A stretch of DNA of 40,560 bases from a phage. Below, in pieces: positions 26,885 through 38,521 of this stretch. Location: sequence record QB031379.1. One strand, written 5' to 3'. Under the pieces are notes generated by a model. It saw nothing but the letters and a program-made list of their open reading frames with translations. It was not told the origin of the DNA and did no database searches. Positions within the stretch are counted from its first letter, which is position 1. The number at the start of each line of letters is the position of its first letter. The position numbers were made by a program, and so were the translations under genes.

Positions 26885-27796
26885 TTAGAAGTTACTGTAC
26901 ATCATCTTACGCTCAACTTCAGCACGGAACTTAGAGTCCGAACGGTAGCGAGGGTCAGACATTGCAGCAATCATCTCAGCCTGTGACTCAAAGCCAGACT
27001 GTTTGGCTCGTACAGGTGCAGCAGGTACGGCACGTTTAGAAATGCTACGGGCAGCAGGTTTACCGAAAGTCTTCGCACGGCTTGCACCAGCGAGATTAAC
27101 GATAGCCTTAACTGTTGCGAGGTCACGATTCTCCAAGGCACTAATCAGAGACTCGGCAGCATCCGGGTTGGACACTTCGAGGTGATTGTAGATTGCTTGG
27201 AACTGTGCTTCACCGCCAGCGTACTCCATAACGGACTGAACATACTGTTCTACCAGTGCTTCCTGACCACGGATGTAGGAGTCAACAAACGACTTGGAGT
27301 AACCAGCTTTGGCTAACTCTTCGTAAGACTCTTTAGACAGACCGTCCTCTCCGTATTCCTGTTGGATACGCACGATGGTTTCTTCAGACAGACCACGTTC
27401 AGCAGCCTGATTGACCATCTCTTCGAAACCAGCTTCGTGCTCTTCGAGTTGACTTGAGGCTTCGTTCAGTTCATCTGGAACGTCACCAACTGGTTCAAAC
27501 TCTTCGGAGCCTTCACCTTCGGTTCCTTCATAGTCGATTTCACCTTCTTCGGTTACTTCAGGTTCACCATCAGTGGAGATACGAATCTCAGTGCGGTCTT
27601 CGTCTTCTTCACCGAACGGGTCTGGATTACCATACGGGTCATCGTTACTTACTAACTCGATTGCGTCATCACCATCACGGGCAGCAACGTCGAGTTCAAG
27701 CATAGCCTGTTCGTGGTCAGTAGGAGTAGACCCACCGACAACCGCAGAGTTCACACCAAAAGATGCGTATACGTCAGCGTTAGATTCACCAGCCAT
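26885..27796 (-). CDS. Capsid assembly / scaffolding protein (T7 gene 9 homolog)
   Basis: 303 aa, very acidic; MAGESNADVYASFGVNSAVV...SYIRGQEALVEQYVQSV...MSDPRYR matches T7 gp9 as I recall it. Confidence 0.9.
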   Translation of the reverse strand: MAGESNADVYASFGVNSAVVGGSTPTDHEQAMLELDVAARDGDDAIELVSNDDPYGNPDPFGEEDEDRTEIRISTDGEPEVTEEGEIDYEGTEGEGSEEFEPVGDVPDELNEASSQLEEHEAGFEEMVNQAAERGLSEETIVRIQQEYGEDGLSKESYEELAKAGYSKSFVDSYIRGQEALVEQYVQSVMEYAGGEAQFQAIYNHLEVSNPDAAESLISALENRDLATVKAIVNLAGASRAKTFGKPAARSISKRAVPAAPVRAKQSGFESQAEMIAAMSDPRYRSDSKFRAEVERKMMYSNF

Positions 27797-27851
27797 AATT
27801 GTTATCTCCTTTAGATTTCATAAAGTTGAACTCAAAGGGAGGACGTATTGT

Positions 27852-27875
27852 CTCTCCCATTAGTGAGTCGTATTA
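27852..27875 (-). promoter_or_regulatory. Phage-RNAP late promoter (phi9-like): TAATACGACTCACTAATGGGAGAG
   Basis: Consensus core (A at -2) upstream of the scaffold gene. Confidence 0.85.
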
Positions 27876-29480
27876 ATTTGGAACCATTCCAGCCTGTTCA
27901 GCAGCCGCTTGCATGTTCTCAGGGCTTGCAGTGGCAAGTGCACCAGCACCAGCACCAGCAGACGCAGCAGCGTTCTCCATAGCCGTACCCTGTGCAGCCT
28001 CAGCCATCTCCTGTTGTTTCTCTTCAGGTGTCTTAAGGATACCGGAAGTGTCGATGCCGATAGCGTTCGCAATGCGCAACTTAATGGTCGCAATGTTGAT
28101 GTCCGGGTCATTCTGCATAGGAGCAAGAGCAGACCAAGCAGCAATACAACGTTCCAGCTTATCGAGGTCTTGACCACGACCCAATGCTTCCATCCCGGTA
28201 CTGATAGTAGGCTCAACGGCCTCTTTCGGTAACTCAGGAATCTGATTGGTTGCTTGAAGTTGCTTCAGCAGTACACGAACCATCGGTAACTGAAGTTCCT
28301 GTGAGAGAATCGAATAGACACCACCAAGGGTATCTTCGAGTTCAGATGCAACATATCGAATCTCTTCGGCAGTCACACGCTCACCAGTGCGTTGCACAGC
28401 GGAGTTCAACATAAAGGCATAGGATAGTCGGCCCTCAATCTGTTCACTCACAGCTTTCGCTACAGAGAAGTCTGCGGCCTTTTCAAGCTGAAGGAACGAG
28501 ATGTCTTCTGGACGACCAGACACGAAGTCACCAGTCTGTGCTTTGGTCAAACGACGAACCTGTGTGATACCAGCTGGGTTAACCAAGCCAATAACTTTAG
28601 CACTAATCATTGACATCTTAACGATAGCTTCCTGAAGGTTCTCAAGTGAACGTAAGTCACCTAAGTATTCCTCACAGTAAGAACGACCATATGATTCTCC
28701 ATCAATGCGTACCATGCGAACCGGGATATAAGGACAAGCGTCCACCGGATAAGAAGCATCTGTACCATCGACTTCAACACCATCAATCTCTTCGTACTTG
28801 AGGTACTCACCAGATTCTTCGTCAAGATAAATGTGAGTGTACACATCAATCATTTCGTCGCCTTTATGTTCCTGACCGGAGTCCATAGAGTTTCGAACGT
28901 CTTCTGGAAGTGCTGCATAGGCAGTCTTATCTAAGGTTACAATCTGTAGCACCGTGCCGAATGCGTCTCGTTGGACAACATAAGAAGACAGTCGGTATAG
29001 CTTCATCGGATTGTAAGCACCTTCAGGTTCAGGAATGTAGAGCAGAGCGTTACCTGCAACGACCAACTGCTTGAGGGTCTCAAAGAGTGTCACACGGTAC
29101 GAGTTGGACTCGATGTAGTTCATCAAGATTCGCTCGACCATTGAGAGACCTTCTTCGACCTTCGCTAGTTCGGCTGGCTGTGCAACCAATTGTTTCGCTT
29201 CGAACTCAGAGATGGTCAGCTTCATCCACGTCTGCATAGGGAACAGAGCGAGCATGAGCTTAGAGGCCAAGTTGTTCAAGCCACGAGCGCCAACTGCTTG
29301 CCACGGAGTGGTGTAGTCAGTAGAGGCGTTGTCGGAGTCTTTAGGGAACAACGAAGGGATGGTGTACTTCGCACAGTTTTCCGCACGGGTCTCATAGGAG
29401 TTCCGGTCGTTCTTCAATGCGTCATACACCGCCTTGGCACCATTCTCAGCGAAGCCTTCACGTTTCTGTGAGCTTGCCAT
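27873..29480 (-). CDS. Portal / head-tail connector protein (T7 gene 8 homolog)
   Basis: 535 aa; size and position as in T7. Confidence 0.95.
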   Translation of the reverse strand: MASSQKREGFAENGAKAVYDALKNDRNSYETRAENCAKYTIPSLFPKDSDNASTDYTTPWQAVGARGLNNLASKLMLALFPMQTWMKLTISEFEAKQLVAQPAELAKVEEGLSMVERILMNYIESNSYRVTLFETLKQLVVAGNALLYIPEPEGAYNPMKLYRLSSYVVQRDAFGTVLQIVTLDKTAYAALPEDVRNSMDSGQEHKGDEMIDVYTHIYLDEESGEYLKYEEIDGVEVDGTDASYPVDACPYIPVRMVRIDGESYGRSYCEEYLGDLRSLENLQEAIVKMSMISAKVIGLVNPAGITQVRRLTKAQTGDFVSGRPEDISFLQLEKAADFSVAKAVSEQIEGRLSYAFMLNSAVQRTGERVTAEEIRYVASELEDTLGGVYSILSQELQLPMVRVLLKQLQATNQIPELPKEAVEPTISTGMEALGRGQDLDKLERCIAAWSALAPMQNDPDINIATIKLRIANAIGIDTSGILKTPEEKQQEMAEAAQGTAMENAAASAGAGAGALATASPENMQAAAEQAGMVPN

Positions 29481-29494
29481 TTAGCGCCTCCTTG

Positions 29495-29863
29495 TTAGAT
29501 ATTAAGACCACCGCCAGAACTACGAGCGACACTTAGAGATTTCTTACCGCCAGCACGGGCTTTCTTCTTACCGGATTCAGTCTGTGCATCATCATCGGAG
29601 TCTACATCGTCTTTGCTCGGTGGCTCGATAATCTGTGCAGCAGGAGGTGCAGCTTGAACGGCAGCAGCGGGTGTCTCAACGACTTGAACATCAGGCTTAC
29701 CACCACCAGCAAGTGCACCAGCAACGCCACCAACGACCTTACCAGCTTCCTTACCGACCTTCTCGACTGCCTTGCCTGTTTCCTTGACGATCTTCTCTAC
29801 AGGCTTAGTTACTTTCTTAACAACCTTCTTGACCGACTTACGAATCTTTTTACCCCAACCCAT
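29495..29863 (-). CDS. gp7.3-like tail/adsorption protein
   Basis: 122 aa; lysine-rich N-terminus and C-terminus ...ESGKKKARAGGKKSLSVARSSGGGLNI match T7 gp7.3 as I recall it. Confidence 0.8.
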   Translation of the reverse strand: MGWGKKIRKSVKKVVKKVTKPVEKIVKETGKAVEKVGKEAGKVVGGVAGALAGGGKPDVQVVETPAAAVQAAPPAAQIIEPPSKDDVDSDDDAQTESGKKKARAGGKKSLSVARSSGGGLNI

Positions 29864-29877
29864 GATAAACCTCCTAA

Positions 29878-30153
29878 TTATTTCTTCTTAAAGACACTGG
29901 TACGGATACCAGACTTGGACTTCTTCTTGGCAGCATCGGAGTCTGCCTTCTTGGACTTCTCAACGGAGTCATCCAGTTTCACCTTCAGGGACTTCTTGCC
30001 ACCCGTTGGCACCTCAGAAGAGGTTCCGCTATCGTTGTCCTCTTCGCCACCAAAGAGAATACCTTTCGGTTCTTCCGTCAGTGGAGCAGGGTCGATAGCT
30101 CGGATGGATTCAGTCTTTACTTTAGGTGTCTTAATCTTTGGCGAAAAGCACAT
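29878..30153 (-). CDS. gp6.7-like virion protein
   Basis: 91 aa; MCFSPKIKTPK... N-terminus as in T7 gp6.7. Confidence 0.85.
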   Translation of the reverse strand: MCFSPKIKTPKVKTESIRAIDPAPLTEEPKGILFGGEEDNDSGTSSEVPTGGKKSLKVKLDDSVEKSKKADSDAAKKKSKSGIRTSVFKKK

Positions 30154-30162
30154 AAGACCTCC

Positions 30163-30408
30163 TTACGACTCAGCCTGTTCCTTACGGATTGCCTCCATGT
30201 CGTCCAGAGTTTGAGACGCATAGTTGAGACCCGCGAGGAACCCAGCGATGTAGCTTTCAGACCATCCAGCCTGTTTCAATCGGTTGATTAGTCCTGACTG
30301 AATAGCATATCCAGCATTGTATTGAACCTGTAGGTACTCCATAGTTGCACGAGGCACGTTAGGAATATCTTGTGGGTTCTCCATGTACTTCTTGATAGGG
30401 GTTAACAT
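30163..30408 (-). CDS. Hypothetical protein at the gene 6.5 position, 81 aa
   Basis: ORF-track frame trimmed to the ATG at 30406-30408 (RBS AAGGAGAACATTAATT-ATG); the listed longer start overlaps the phi6.5-like promoter. Confidence 0.6.
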   Translation of the reverse strand: MLTPIKKYMENPQDIPNVPRATMEYLQVQYNAGYAIQSGLINRLKQAGWSESYIAGFLAGLNYASQTLDDMEAIRKEQAES

Positions 30409-30459
30409 AATTAATGTTCTCCTTAAAGTTAAACTTAAAGTAGGTATCATATAGGCACC

Positions 30460-30482
30460 CCTCTCAATAGTGAGTCGTATTG
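30460..30482 (-). promoter_or_regulatory. Phage-RNAP promoter (phi6.5-like): CAATACGACTCACTATTGAGAGG
   Basis: T7-type core between gene 6 and the gene 6.5-position ORF. Confidence 0.75.
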
Positions 30483-30510
30483 ATTTCACTGTCGAGAAGA
30501 ATGCCTAGAG

Positions 30511-30597
30511 TTACACACTCTTAGCTATAAATGCAGCCCGCACCATAGCGAAGGCTACGATTGCGAACATTACGAACGCAACTGTTCCGGCGACCAT
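30511..30597 (-). CDS. Small hydrophobic peptide, 28 aa, at the gene 6.3 position
   Basis: Hand-translated MVAGTVAFVMFAIVAFAMVRAAFIAKSV; RBS AAGGAGAT; start overlaps the last 27 nt of gene 6 in another frame. Confidence 0.35.
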   Translation of the reverse strand: MVAGTVAFVMFAIVAFAMVRAAFIAKSV

Positions 30598-31484
30598 AGG
30601 TAAATCTCCTTGTCGATAAAGTTGTACTCTTCGAATCGAAGTATGCGAGCCATCTGGCCTTGCTTAATGATTTCCTCTTCGGTCATCCCAGCTTTTGCAC
30701 CAAGTGTCACAATAGCTTCCCATAGGGTTCGCTCACCCATGTCAACCTTTTTCCATTCGAGAACTGTCTGTCCCTTACGAGCACCAGACTTGAAAGTTTT
30801 CTCAACCTGTTCAAAGGCATACGGGTTCTCCAGCCACTCAGCGGTAGTCTCTCCCCAGCCCGGAATGCCACCATAGCCATCTGTCAAGTCACCTTTGATG
30901 GTCTGATAGATGTGCCAGTAGTCGGCAGTCGTCTGGTCTTGAGTCAAGATGTTACCAGTGGTACACCACAAGAAGTCACAATCAGGGATGGTCTTAAAGT
31001 CCTTATCACAGGAGACCAGTACAGCCTTCTTGAAACCAAAATGTTTAGCACCAGACCCAATGATTCCCATTACGTCATCACCCTCAAGTCGGTCTTCAAG
31101 GATAGACATCCAGTCCTCACATGCTTGAACACGCTCGACGAACGCACGGTAGCCTACAGGCTTACGGGATGCCTTACGGTTCTCCTTATAGGTTGGGTCC
31201 ACCAGTTCCTTGCGCCAGTTCACAGCGTCAGTGAAGGCCAGTACGATAGGTGCGTCACGCCAAGCCTTCTTACGGCTCGCATAGGACTTGATAGAGTCAA
31301 CCAGAATGTTCCACGCTTTCCCGTGGTCACACTCTAAGGTCCAGCAATCATCGCCCCAATCGGTCTCGACTTCACTTGCTGCCATCGCTTGGAATACCAA
31401 CCAGTCACCATCCATTACGAGAACACCCTTATCTGATTTCCCTTGGCGTAACTCATAGAACTCCTTCAGAGTTAATGCGCTCAT
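30570..31484 (-). CDS. 5'-3' exonuclease (T7 gene 6 homolog)
   Basis: 304 aa; size and position between gene 5.9 and gene 6.3/6.5 as in T7. Confidence 0.92.
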   Translation of the reverse strand: MSALTLKEFYELRQGKSDKGVLVMDGDWLVFQAMAASEVETDWGDDCWTLECDHGKAWNILVDSIKSYASRKKAWRDAPIVLAFTDAVNWRKELVDPTYKENRKASRKPVGYRAFVERVQACEDWMSILEDRLEGDDVMGIIGSGAKHFGFKKAVLVSCDKDFKTIPDCDFLWCTTGNILTQDQTTADYWHIYQTIKGDLTDGYGGIPGWGETTAEWLENPYAFEQVEKTFKSGARKGQTVLEWKKVDMGERTLWEAIVTLGAKAGMTEEEIIKQGQMARILRFEEYNFIDKEIYLWSPEQLRS

Positions 31485-31663
31485 AGGTCATCCTCCGTAA
31501 AGAGTTCAGCTACAGCATCATCGTAGCCACACCAATTGTCTACACCGTGGGCCTCAAGAGCATTCAGCTTCGCTAGGCGACCCTCAAGGAACTCAATATA
31601 TGCGTTAACATCATTCCATGCTTCACGAGGCATCGTTACAGTGTCGCTTTTAGATATACTCAT
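31481..31663 (-). CDS. gp5.9-like protein (in T7 an inhibitor of host RecBCD)
   Basis: ORF-track frame trimmed to MSISKSDTVTMPREAWNDVNAYIEFLEGRL...; ATG overlaps the gene 5.7 stop (ATGA); resembles T7 gp5.9 as I recall it. Confidence 0.7.
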   Translation of the reverse strand: MSISKSDTVTMPREAWNDVNAYIEFLEGRLAKLNALEAHGVDNWCGYDDAVAELFTEDDL

Positions 31664-31869
31664 ACGCAACCTCCCATCTTCTTCAGGAATCGGACACCAG
31701 CGCCTGTTACTTCCCAAGCGCCAGCATTACGCCCATCGACTGATAGGCAAGAGATATGACCACGACTCGCAGCCTCAGCCACCAGTGACGCATTGTTGCG
31801 CACATAGTTCGACTGAAAGGTCTTAGGGCAGCTTTTGATAGCCGCCAGTACACGAAGATATTCACCCAT
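31660..31869 (-). CDS. gp5.7-like protein
   Basis: 69 aa, same length and position as T7 gp5.7. Confidence 0.7.
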   Translation of the reverse strand: MGEYLRVLAAIKSCPKTFQSNYVRNNASLVAEAASRGHISCLSVDGRNAGAWEVTGAGVRFLKKMGGCV

Positions 31870-32171
31870 TACTTCACCTCACGGATAGTTGCAGGAGAGA
31901 ATCGCATGAGCTTTCTTTCTGTTGAACTCAGGTCGCCGTGGCCCTCCCGAATAAAATTACGAAGACCCTGCTTGATGCAGAATGCGGCAGCACCTTCTGG
32001 TCCATAGGTTAGACCTTGGACTAGCAACTCACGTTTAAACGGGTCAAGTTCCGCACCAGTGGCAGCTTTCTTAGCGATGTCTACGAGTAAATCATTCAGG
32101 TTGTTCTCAGACTCGCTATCAATTACAGCAGTAACTTCGAATGATACTTTAAAACGTTTAGTAATAGCCAT
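31869..32171 (-). CDS. gp5.5-like protein (in T7 binds host H-NS)
   Basis: 100 aa; MAITKRFKVSFEVTA... N-terminus resembles T7 gp5.5; directly downstream of the DNA polymerase gene. Confidence 0.75.
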   Translation of the reverse strand: MAITKRFKVSFEVTAVIDSESENNLNDLLVDIAKKAATGAELDPFKRELLVQGLTYGPEGAAAFCIKQGLRNFIREGHGDLSSTERKLMRFSPATIREVK

Positions 32172-32190
32172 GATATATTTCTCCTGTTAA

Positions 32191-34305
32191 TTAGTGACAT
32201 ACAGCCCAATTCGGCCCCATCTTTCCTTCGGTATCTAATTGGCACCGGAAGTTAAAGTGGTCTCCTACCCAGCGCATAGCCTGTTGAGAGACTTCTATTA
32301 CAACTTTGGCAATCTCTTCTGTACGGCAAGCAAGCTGTTGCTCGTCATGTATCCACCCCATGAGGCAGAAGTCACCATCCCAGCCGTGTTTGTAGCCCAT
32401 CTCAAGGAGCATCTCTTCTGTCTTAACAATCCACAGTTTACAAATCAGAGCACCAGCAGATTGCAACAAGGTGTTCAACGCAGCGTGAGGACTACGGACA
32501 TGTACTTTACGACCATCCAATCCACGAACCCATCGACGCTTCCAAGTCACCTTCTGTTCACCGCCAACCCACTTGGAGTCCTTGACGAGTGTCCCTGTGA
32601 TTGCTTCACGTAACGCAGCGATAGCCGGAGTTTGCTCAAGGAAGTTCTTGATGAGTCGCTTACCATCTTCGGCAGTACCACCAACAATCTGTCCAATCTT
32701 AGCAGCACCAGCACCATAGAGGAACCCATAGATAAACGTCTTAGCGTTATCACGAGTAGGCAGACCAGCAGCCAATTGGTTCTTCGTATGGATGTCACCA
32801 GTGAGGATAGTCTCAACGTACTCACCCTCATCATAACGATACATGAAGTGACCTAAGCAACGTAGCTCAAGGCCGGACGCATCCACACCCACTTGAATCC
32901 AAGGGTCTGGCTTACCGTCTTTCAGGTTATGCTCGGCACCGAAAGCAGCACGGCAAGGTTCACCATATGCAGCACGGATTGAAGGCACCTGTGCCACGTT
33001 AGGGAAGCTATGGGTTGCACGTCCAGTTACCGCACCGTTAGGGTTAACGCTACCATGAATACGACCATCATCTCCAATCATTCGGAGCCAGCCGTTATCA
33101 CCTTCAGCAACCTGACCGATACGTTTCTGAATCATAAGGTATTCTTTAATCAACTCAATGCAACGCTGTGCATCCGGGTCGTCTACCTTAACGTGCTCTA
33201 AGACCTCATCGTCTACCTTTGGTGCACCACTAGGAGTGAACTCAACGGGCACCCAGCCAGCTTTGGTAAGCACACGAGTGATGTGGTCACGACTAGCAGG
33301 GTTAAACACAACGTGCTCTACAGGCGTATACGGAGCGCCCTCTACATAATCACGAGTGTCCAGTTCACAAGGTTCCAGACCTTCACGTTGCTTCTTGTTC
33401 TTAGGCTTCTTAAAGATGCCACCCTGTTTCGGGTACTTCACACGAGGATACTTGGTGAGCGGCTTTCCGGTACGAGGATGCCTGAATGCTTCAGTACCGC
33501 CCTTAGCGGAGTACCATGAGCCAAACGTATTGGTTAACTCTACGAGTAGCTCACCACGTCTACCAGCGAGTTCAGCATAGAGGTTCTCAAGAGACTTAAT
33601 GTCAATCGGGAAACCATTACGTTCCATCTTAGCTAACAACCATGCAGCATCATGTTCCAGTTTGACAGCCTCAATGCTACCATTCCAGAAACGGTCTGCT
33701 TCTGTGCTTCCAGCGGGTGTCTCGTTAGGGAAATAGAAAGTGTTACTACACAGTTTCTCAAAGAGTGCCTTGGTGACTACAACGTCTTGAACGTTATATT
33801 CCATCATGTCTTCATTGAAGAACAGCCACTCCATCCCATCAACGTATTCTTCACCAGACTCTTCCAGTGACTTCTTAAAGTCGTCCTTGTACTCACCCTT
33901 CATTTCGCCTAAGCGATAGCCCCAAGCCTCCAGAGCGTGGGAACCAAAACGTTTACCCGGCAGCTTGCCAGAACGCAACAGACCAGCATCGGTGTCTTTG
34001 ATGTTAGAGTAAATCAAGCGTGACATCACGAGGGTATCCAGTACGTTCTCTTTCGGGAACTTAACGTCGCGGCCTAACAGTTTCTTGGCGAGCTGCTCGA
34101 TTACCGGGATGTCATACTTGTGACCGTTATGGAACACAATGAGACCACCACGAGCAACCTCGGCTTCGAGAGCATCAATGTATGCCCCAAAGTCATCAGG
34201 CCGATAACGGATGTACTGGTCGGTTGTGTAGTCGTAAGTCACCGCACAGTGAAATTGACTAACGTTGTGCAGCAACCCGTTTGTTTCGATGTCGGATAGT
34301 AACAT
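32191..34305 (-). CDS. DNA polymerase with 3'-5' exonuclease domain (T7 gene 5 homolog)
   Basis: 704 aa, same length as T7 gp5; family A polymerase between gene 4.7 and gene 5.5. Confidence 0.97.
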   Translation of the reverse strand: MLLSDIETNGLLHNVSQFHCAVTYDYTTDQYIRYRPDDFGAYIDALEAEVARGGLIVFHNGHKYDIPVIEQLAKKLLGRDVKFPKENVLDTLVMSRLIYSNIKDTDAGLLRSGKLPGKRFGSHALEAWGYRLGEMKGEYKDDFKKSLEESGEEYVDGMEWLFFNEDMMEYNVQDVVVTKALFEKLCSNTFYFPNETPAGSTEADRFWNGSIEAVKLEHDAAWLLAKMERNGFPIDIKSLENLYAELAGRRGELLVELTNTFGSWYSAKGGTEAFRHPRTGKPLTKYPRVKYPKQGGIFKKPKNKKQREGLEPCELDTRDYVEGAPYTPVEHVVFNPASRDHITRVLTKAGWVPVEFTPSGAPKVDDEVLEHVKVDDPDAQRCIELIKEYLMIQKRIGQVAEGDNGWLRMIGDDGRIHGSVNPNGAVTGRATHSFPNVAQVPSIRAAYGEPCRAAFGAEHNLKDGKPDPWIQVGVDASGLELRCLGHFMYRYDEGEYVETILTGDIHTKNQLAAGLPTRDNAKTFIYGFLYGAGAAKIGQIVGGTAEDGKRLIKNFLEQTPAIAALREAITGTLVKDSKWVGGEQKVTWKRRWVRGLDGRKVHVRSPHAALNTLLQSAGALICKLWIVKTEEMLLEMGYKHGWDGDFCLMGWIHDEQQLACRTEEIAKVVIEVSQQAMRWVGDHFNFRCQLDTEGKMGPNWAVCH

Positions 34306-34324
34306 TGTGTTTACTCCTTAAAGT

Positions 34325-34726
34325 TTAACGATGGGTGTATCCCATATAGTCTTTCACGTTGATTACCTTCAGGTTCTCAGCTTTGATTCCAACGTTGTTG
34401 CTGGTCACTAAGGTTCCATTAGGAGCAATGCGGGACACTCGTGAGCACCAGCAGATGTTGCCAGCGACAGTGCGCACGAACCATAGAGAGGATGTCTCAG
34501 TTGATGTGCAGAAGTCACCAGCCTTAATGTGGGTCATGGTGTCCTTATCGAATACCTTCAGGTCAGGACGATTCACTGGTTGCACCCACTTACCGCGAAC
34601 ACGAGTCCACCCTAAGTTCTTCAGGATGTGGACAGCGGAGTCACGAGCACATTCGTATTCCTTGATGTCTGCCAGTTCAGCTTCCAGTTTAGCGATTTCA
34701 GCTTCGATTACATTACGATTACGCAT
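34325..34726 (-). CDS. Hypothetical protein at the gene 4.7 position, 133 aa
   Basis: ORF track; ATG at 34724-34726 just downstream of the R4.7-like hairpin and a variant promoter. Confidence 0.6.
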   Translation of the reverse strand: MRNRNVIEAEIAKLEAELADIKEYECARDSAVHILKNLGWTRVRGKWVQPVNRPDLKVFDKDTMTHIKAGDFCTSTETSSLWFVRTVAGNICWCSRVSRIAPNGTLVTSNNVGIKAENLKVINVKDYMGYTHR

Positions 34727-34735
34727 AGTGTTGTT

Positions 34736-34758
34736 CTCCCATTAGTGAGTTGAATAGA
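34736..34758 (-). promoter_or_regulatory. Weak variant phage promoter (phi4.7-like): TCTATTCAACTCACTAATGGGAG
   Basis: Matches the core from -9 to +5 but is diverged at -17 to -11. Confidence 0.35.
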
Positions 34759-34760
34759 TT

Positions 34761-34812
34761 TCATACAAAAGTTAATCACGAAGGCCACCCGGAGATGACC
34801 TTTAGTTTAACT
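34761..34812 (-). promoter_or_regulatory. RNase III processing hairpin (R4.7-like)
   Basis: gttaatcacgaaggccacccggagatgacctttagtttaactc; nearly identical to the 1421..1465 copy. Confidence 0.6.
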
Positions 34813-34813
34813 C

Positions 34814-35116
34814 TTACTCTTCACACTTGTCCGCAAGCATGTTTCCCTCAGACTCCACGGTCTTACCCAGCAGAGCCTGACGAACATTGTCTTCACCTAC
34901 AGCCACAGTAGCAGCTACAGCAACGGAGGCCAGCAGACGACCTGCCTGTGTGTCATCCAAAGTTACACGCTGTGTGTGCGCCTTGGTGGACTTGTGGTCC
35001 TTCCAACGGTAGACCAGAGTGACCTTGCCATTACGGACATTGATGTGCACTCGACGAGCATACTGGTCGATGGTGTCAGACAGACGGATTGTGTTGCCGG
35101 GGAATTTAATAGCCAT
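34814..35116 (-). CDS. Hypothetical protein, 100 aa (gene 4.5 region)
   Basis: ORF track; compact spacing in the class II gene block; no motif recognised. Confidence 0.55.
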   Translation of the reverse strand: MAIKFPGNTIRLSDTIDQYARRVHINVRNGKVTLVYRWKDHKSTKAHTQRVTLDDTQAGRLLASVAVAATVAVGEDNVRQALLGKTVESEGNMLADKCEE

Positions 35117-35131
35117 GTTATGTTACTCCTA

Positions 35132-35317
35132 TTAGACGCAGTTGTATTTGGCAGTAAGAACCCTGCCATTCTTCAATAATAAGTCTTTAGACCACGAGCG
35201 ACCTTCGCGTTCACATATCTCGTATGCCTCATCTTTCGGTGCTGTGATTGGGATTTGGCTTATGGATTGCCCACTCGCAGTTATCAGAGTGAGCACAAGA
35301 GTTATCGTAATCATCAC
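35132..35317 (-). CDS. Hypothetical small protein, 61 aa, with N-terminal signal-peptide-like or membrane segment
   Basis: MMITITLVLTLITASGQSISQ... hydrophobic N-terminus; three Cys in the mature part; start abuts the gene 4.3 stop. Confidence 0.5.
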   Translation of the reverse strand: MMITITLVLTLITASGQSISQIPITAPKDEAYEICEREGRSWSKDLLLKNGRVLTAKYNCV

Positions 35318-35526
35318 AGGAAGAATTTGTTGAGGTCGGTTGCTTTCGCTGCAATCTTAGCAGCAGACGTAACGCCAGCACTTGCATCTTCAGACAGTAG
35401 ACGTGCCTGTTTCGCCAAGCGTTGAGCCTGTTCTGCATCCTTACGTGCCTTGGCGTTCAGACGTTTAGCTTCACGGAAGTACATTTTAACTACCAGCTTA
35501 CCAAGAGTGTTGATGAATTTAAACAT
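35314..35526 (-). CDS. gp4.3-like protein, 70 aa
   Basis: ORF-track frame trimmed to MFKFINTLGKLVVKMYFREAKRLN..., which resembles T7 gp4.3 as I recall it. Confidence 0.7.
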   Translation of the reverse strand: MFKFINTLGKLVVKMYFREAKRLNAKARKDAEQAQRLAKQARLLSEDASAGVTSAAKIAAKATDLNKFFL

Positions 35527-35570
35527 TGTGATTCTCCTTAAGTGGATTGATAAGTGGGAACAGAGTGTCT

Positions 35571-35593
35571 GTCCCATTAGTGAGTTGTATTGA
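35571..35593 (-). promoter_or_regulatory. Variant phage promoter (phi4.3-like): CAATACAACTCACTAATGGGACA
   Basis: Core with A at -11 in place of G. Confidence 0.5.
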
Positions 35594-35594
35594 T

Positions 35595-37546
<1,952 letters not shown>

Positions 37547-37597
37547 AGTGGTTACTCCTTATACAATTTTAGAGAACAAAGGGAGAAACCTTTCGGT

Positions 37598-37620
37598 CCT
37601 CCCATAGTGAGTTCTATTAA
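37598..37620 (-). promoter_or_regulatory. Variant phage promoter (phi3.8-like): TAATAGAACTCACTATGGGAGGA
   Basis: Core with G at -12 and A at -11, and one base fewer before GGGAG. Confidence 0.45.
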
Positions 37621-38072
37621 CCCCAATCGCTTGTGACCAGTTCTCCAGTCTTCAGCCAGCGGCTCAAGTTGAAGGACGGACAGGCTTTAGGTGCCACATC
37701 GTGGTGCGCTTTTACTTCTGCATCTGGATACATGTCCAGCAGGTCTGCGAGTTTCTCTTTAAGAGAGTGCATCTGTGCTGGCGTAAAGTTAGCTTCGTGT
37801 TTGCCCTTATCGTCGATACCACCAACGAGGCACACACCGACCGACTTACTGTTCCAGTCCTTAACGTGAGACCCTACGACATCGACCGGACGGCCCTCTT
37901 CGATTGTACCATCACGGCGAATAATGAAGTGGTAGCCTACATCAAGCCAGCCCTGTTCTTTATGCCACTGACGGATTTCACGCAGTCCAACATTCATGGA
38001 CGCCTTGGTTGCGCTACAGTGGACAAAGATTGCTTCTGTCACAGCGCGTGGTTTGAATTGTACCTTACTCAT
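37617..38072 (-). CDS. Lysozyme / N-acetylmuramoyl-L-alanine amidase (T7 gene 3.5 homolog)
   Basis: 151 aa, same length as T7 lysozyme; AIFVHCSATK...REIRQWHKEQGWLDVGYHFII...GVCLVGGIDDKGK matches. Confidence 0.95.
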   Translation of the reverse strand: MSKVQFKPRAVTEAIFVHCSATKASMNVGLREIRQWHKEQGWLDVGYHFIIRRDGTIEEGRPVDVVGSHVKDWNSKSVGVCLVGGIDDKGKHEANFTPAQMHSLKEKLADLLDMYPDAEVKAHHDVAPKACPSFNLSRWLKTGELVTSDWG

Positions 38073-38521
38073 TTCTTCTTCTCCTTCTTGGTCTTTAGTT
38101 TCTCAAACGGTACGGACCGGGATGCTTCCTTGAGCCACGCTACTGGAATCAGCTTGTCAGCAAATAAGATGCCATGCTTTTCACAAAATTCTGCGTAGCT
38201 TGTTGGAGACCCTTTGTAAATCTTGGTGCGACTGCTTGAAAAGACCAGACGGATGTCTAAGTCAGGGTGCTGTTCACGAATCAGCAAGTGCTTCTTTCGG
38301 TCATCACTTTCCCATAAGCCTTTTGTCTCCACAAAGATACCGTTAGGTAATAAAAAATCTGGTGTGTACACATGATTACTTGCGGGAACCACATAAGGAA
38401 TCTTCCACAGTTCATAATCAAACTTAACACCCTTGCCTTCGAGTTGTTTACTCACTTTGTCCTCAAGGCCAGAGCGGAATGCCCCAACCTTTCGGATTCC
38501 TTTAGCGCCGTAACCTGCCAT
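38069..38521 (-). CDS. Endonuclease I, Holliday-junction resolvase (T7 gene 3 homolog)
   Basis: ORF-track frame trimmed to MAGYGAKGIRKVGAFRSGLEDKVSKQLE...; ...YTPDFLLPNGIFVETKGLWESDDRKKHLLIREQHP matches T7 gp3 as I recall it. Confidence 0.92.
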   Translation of the reverse strand: MAGYGAKGIRKVGAFRSGLEDKVSKQLEGKGVKFDYELWKIPYVVPASNHVYTPDFLLPNGIFVETKGLWESDDRKKHLLIREQHPDLDIRLVFSSSRTKIYKGSPTSYAEFCEKHGILFADKLIPVAWLKEASRSVPFEKLKTKKEKKK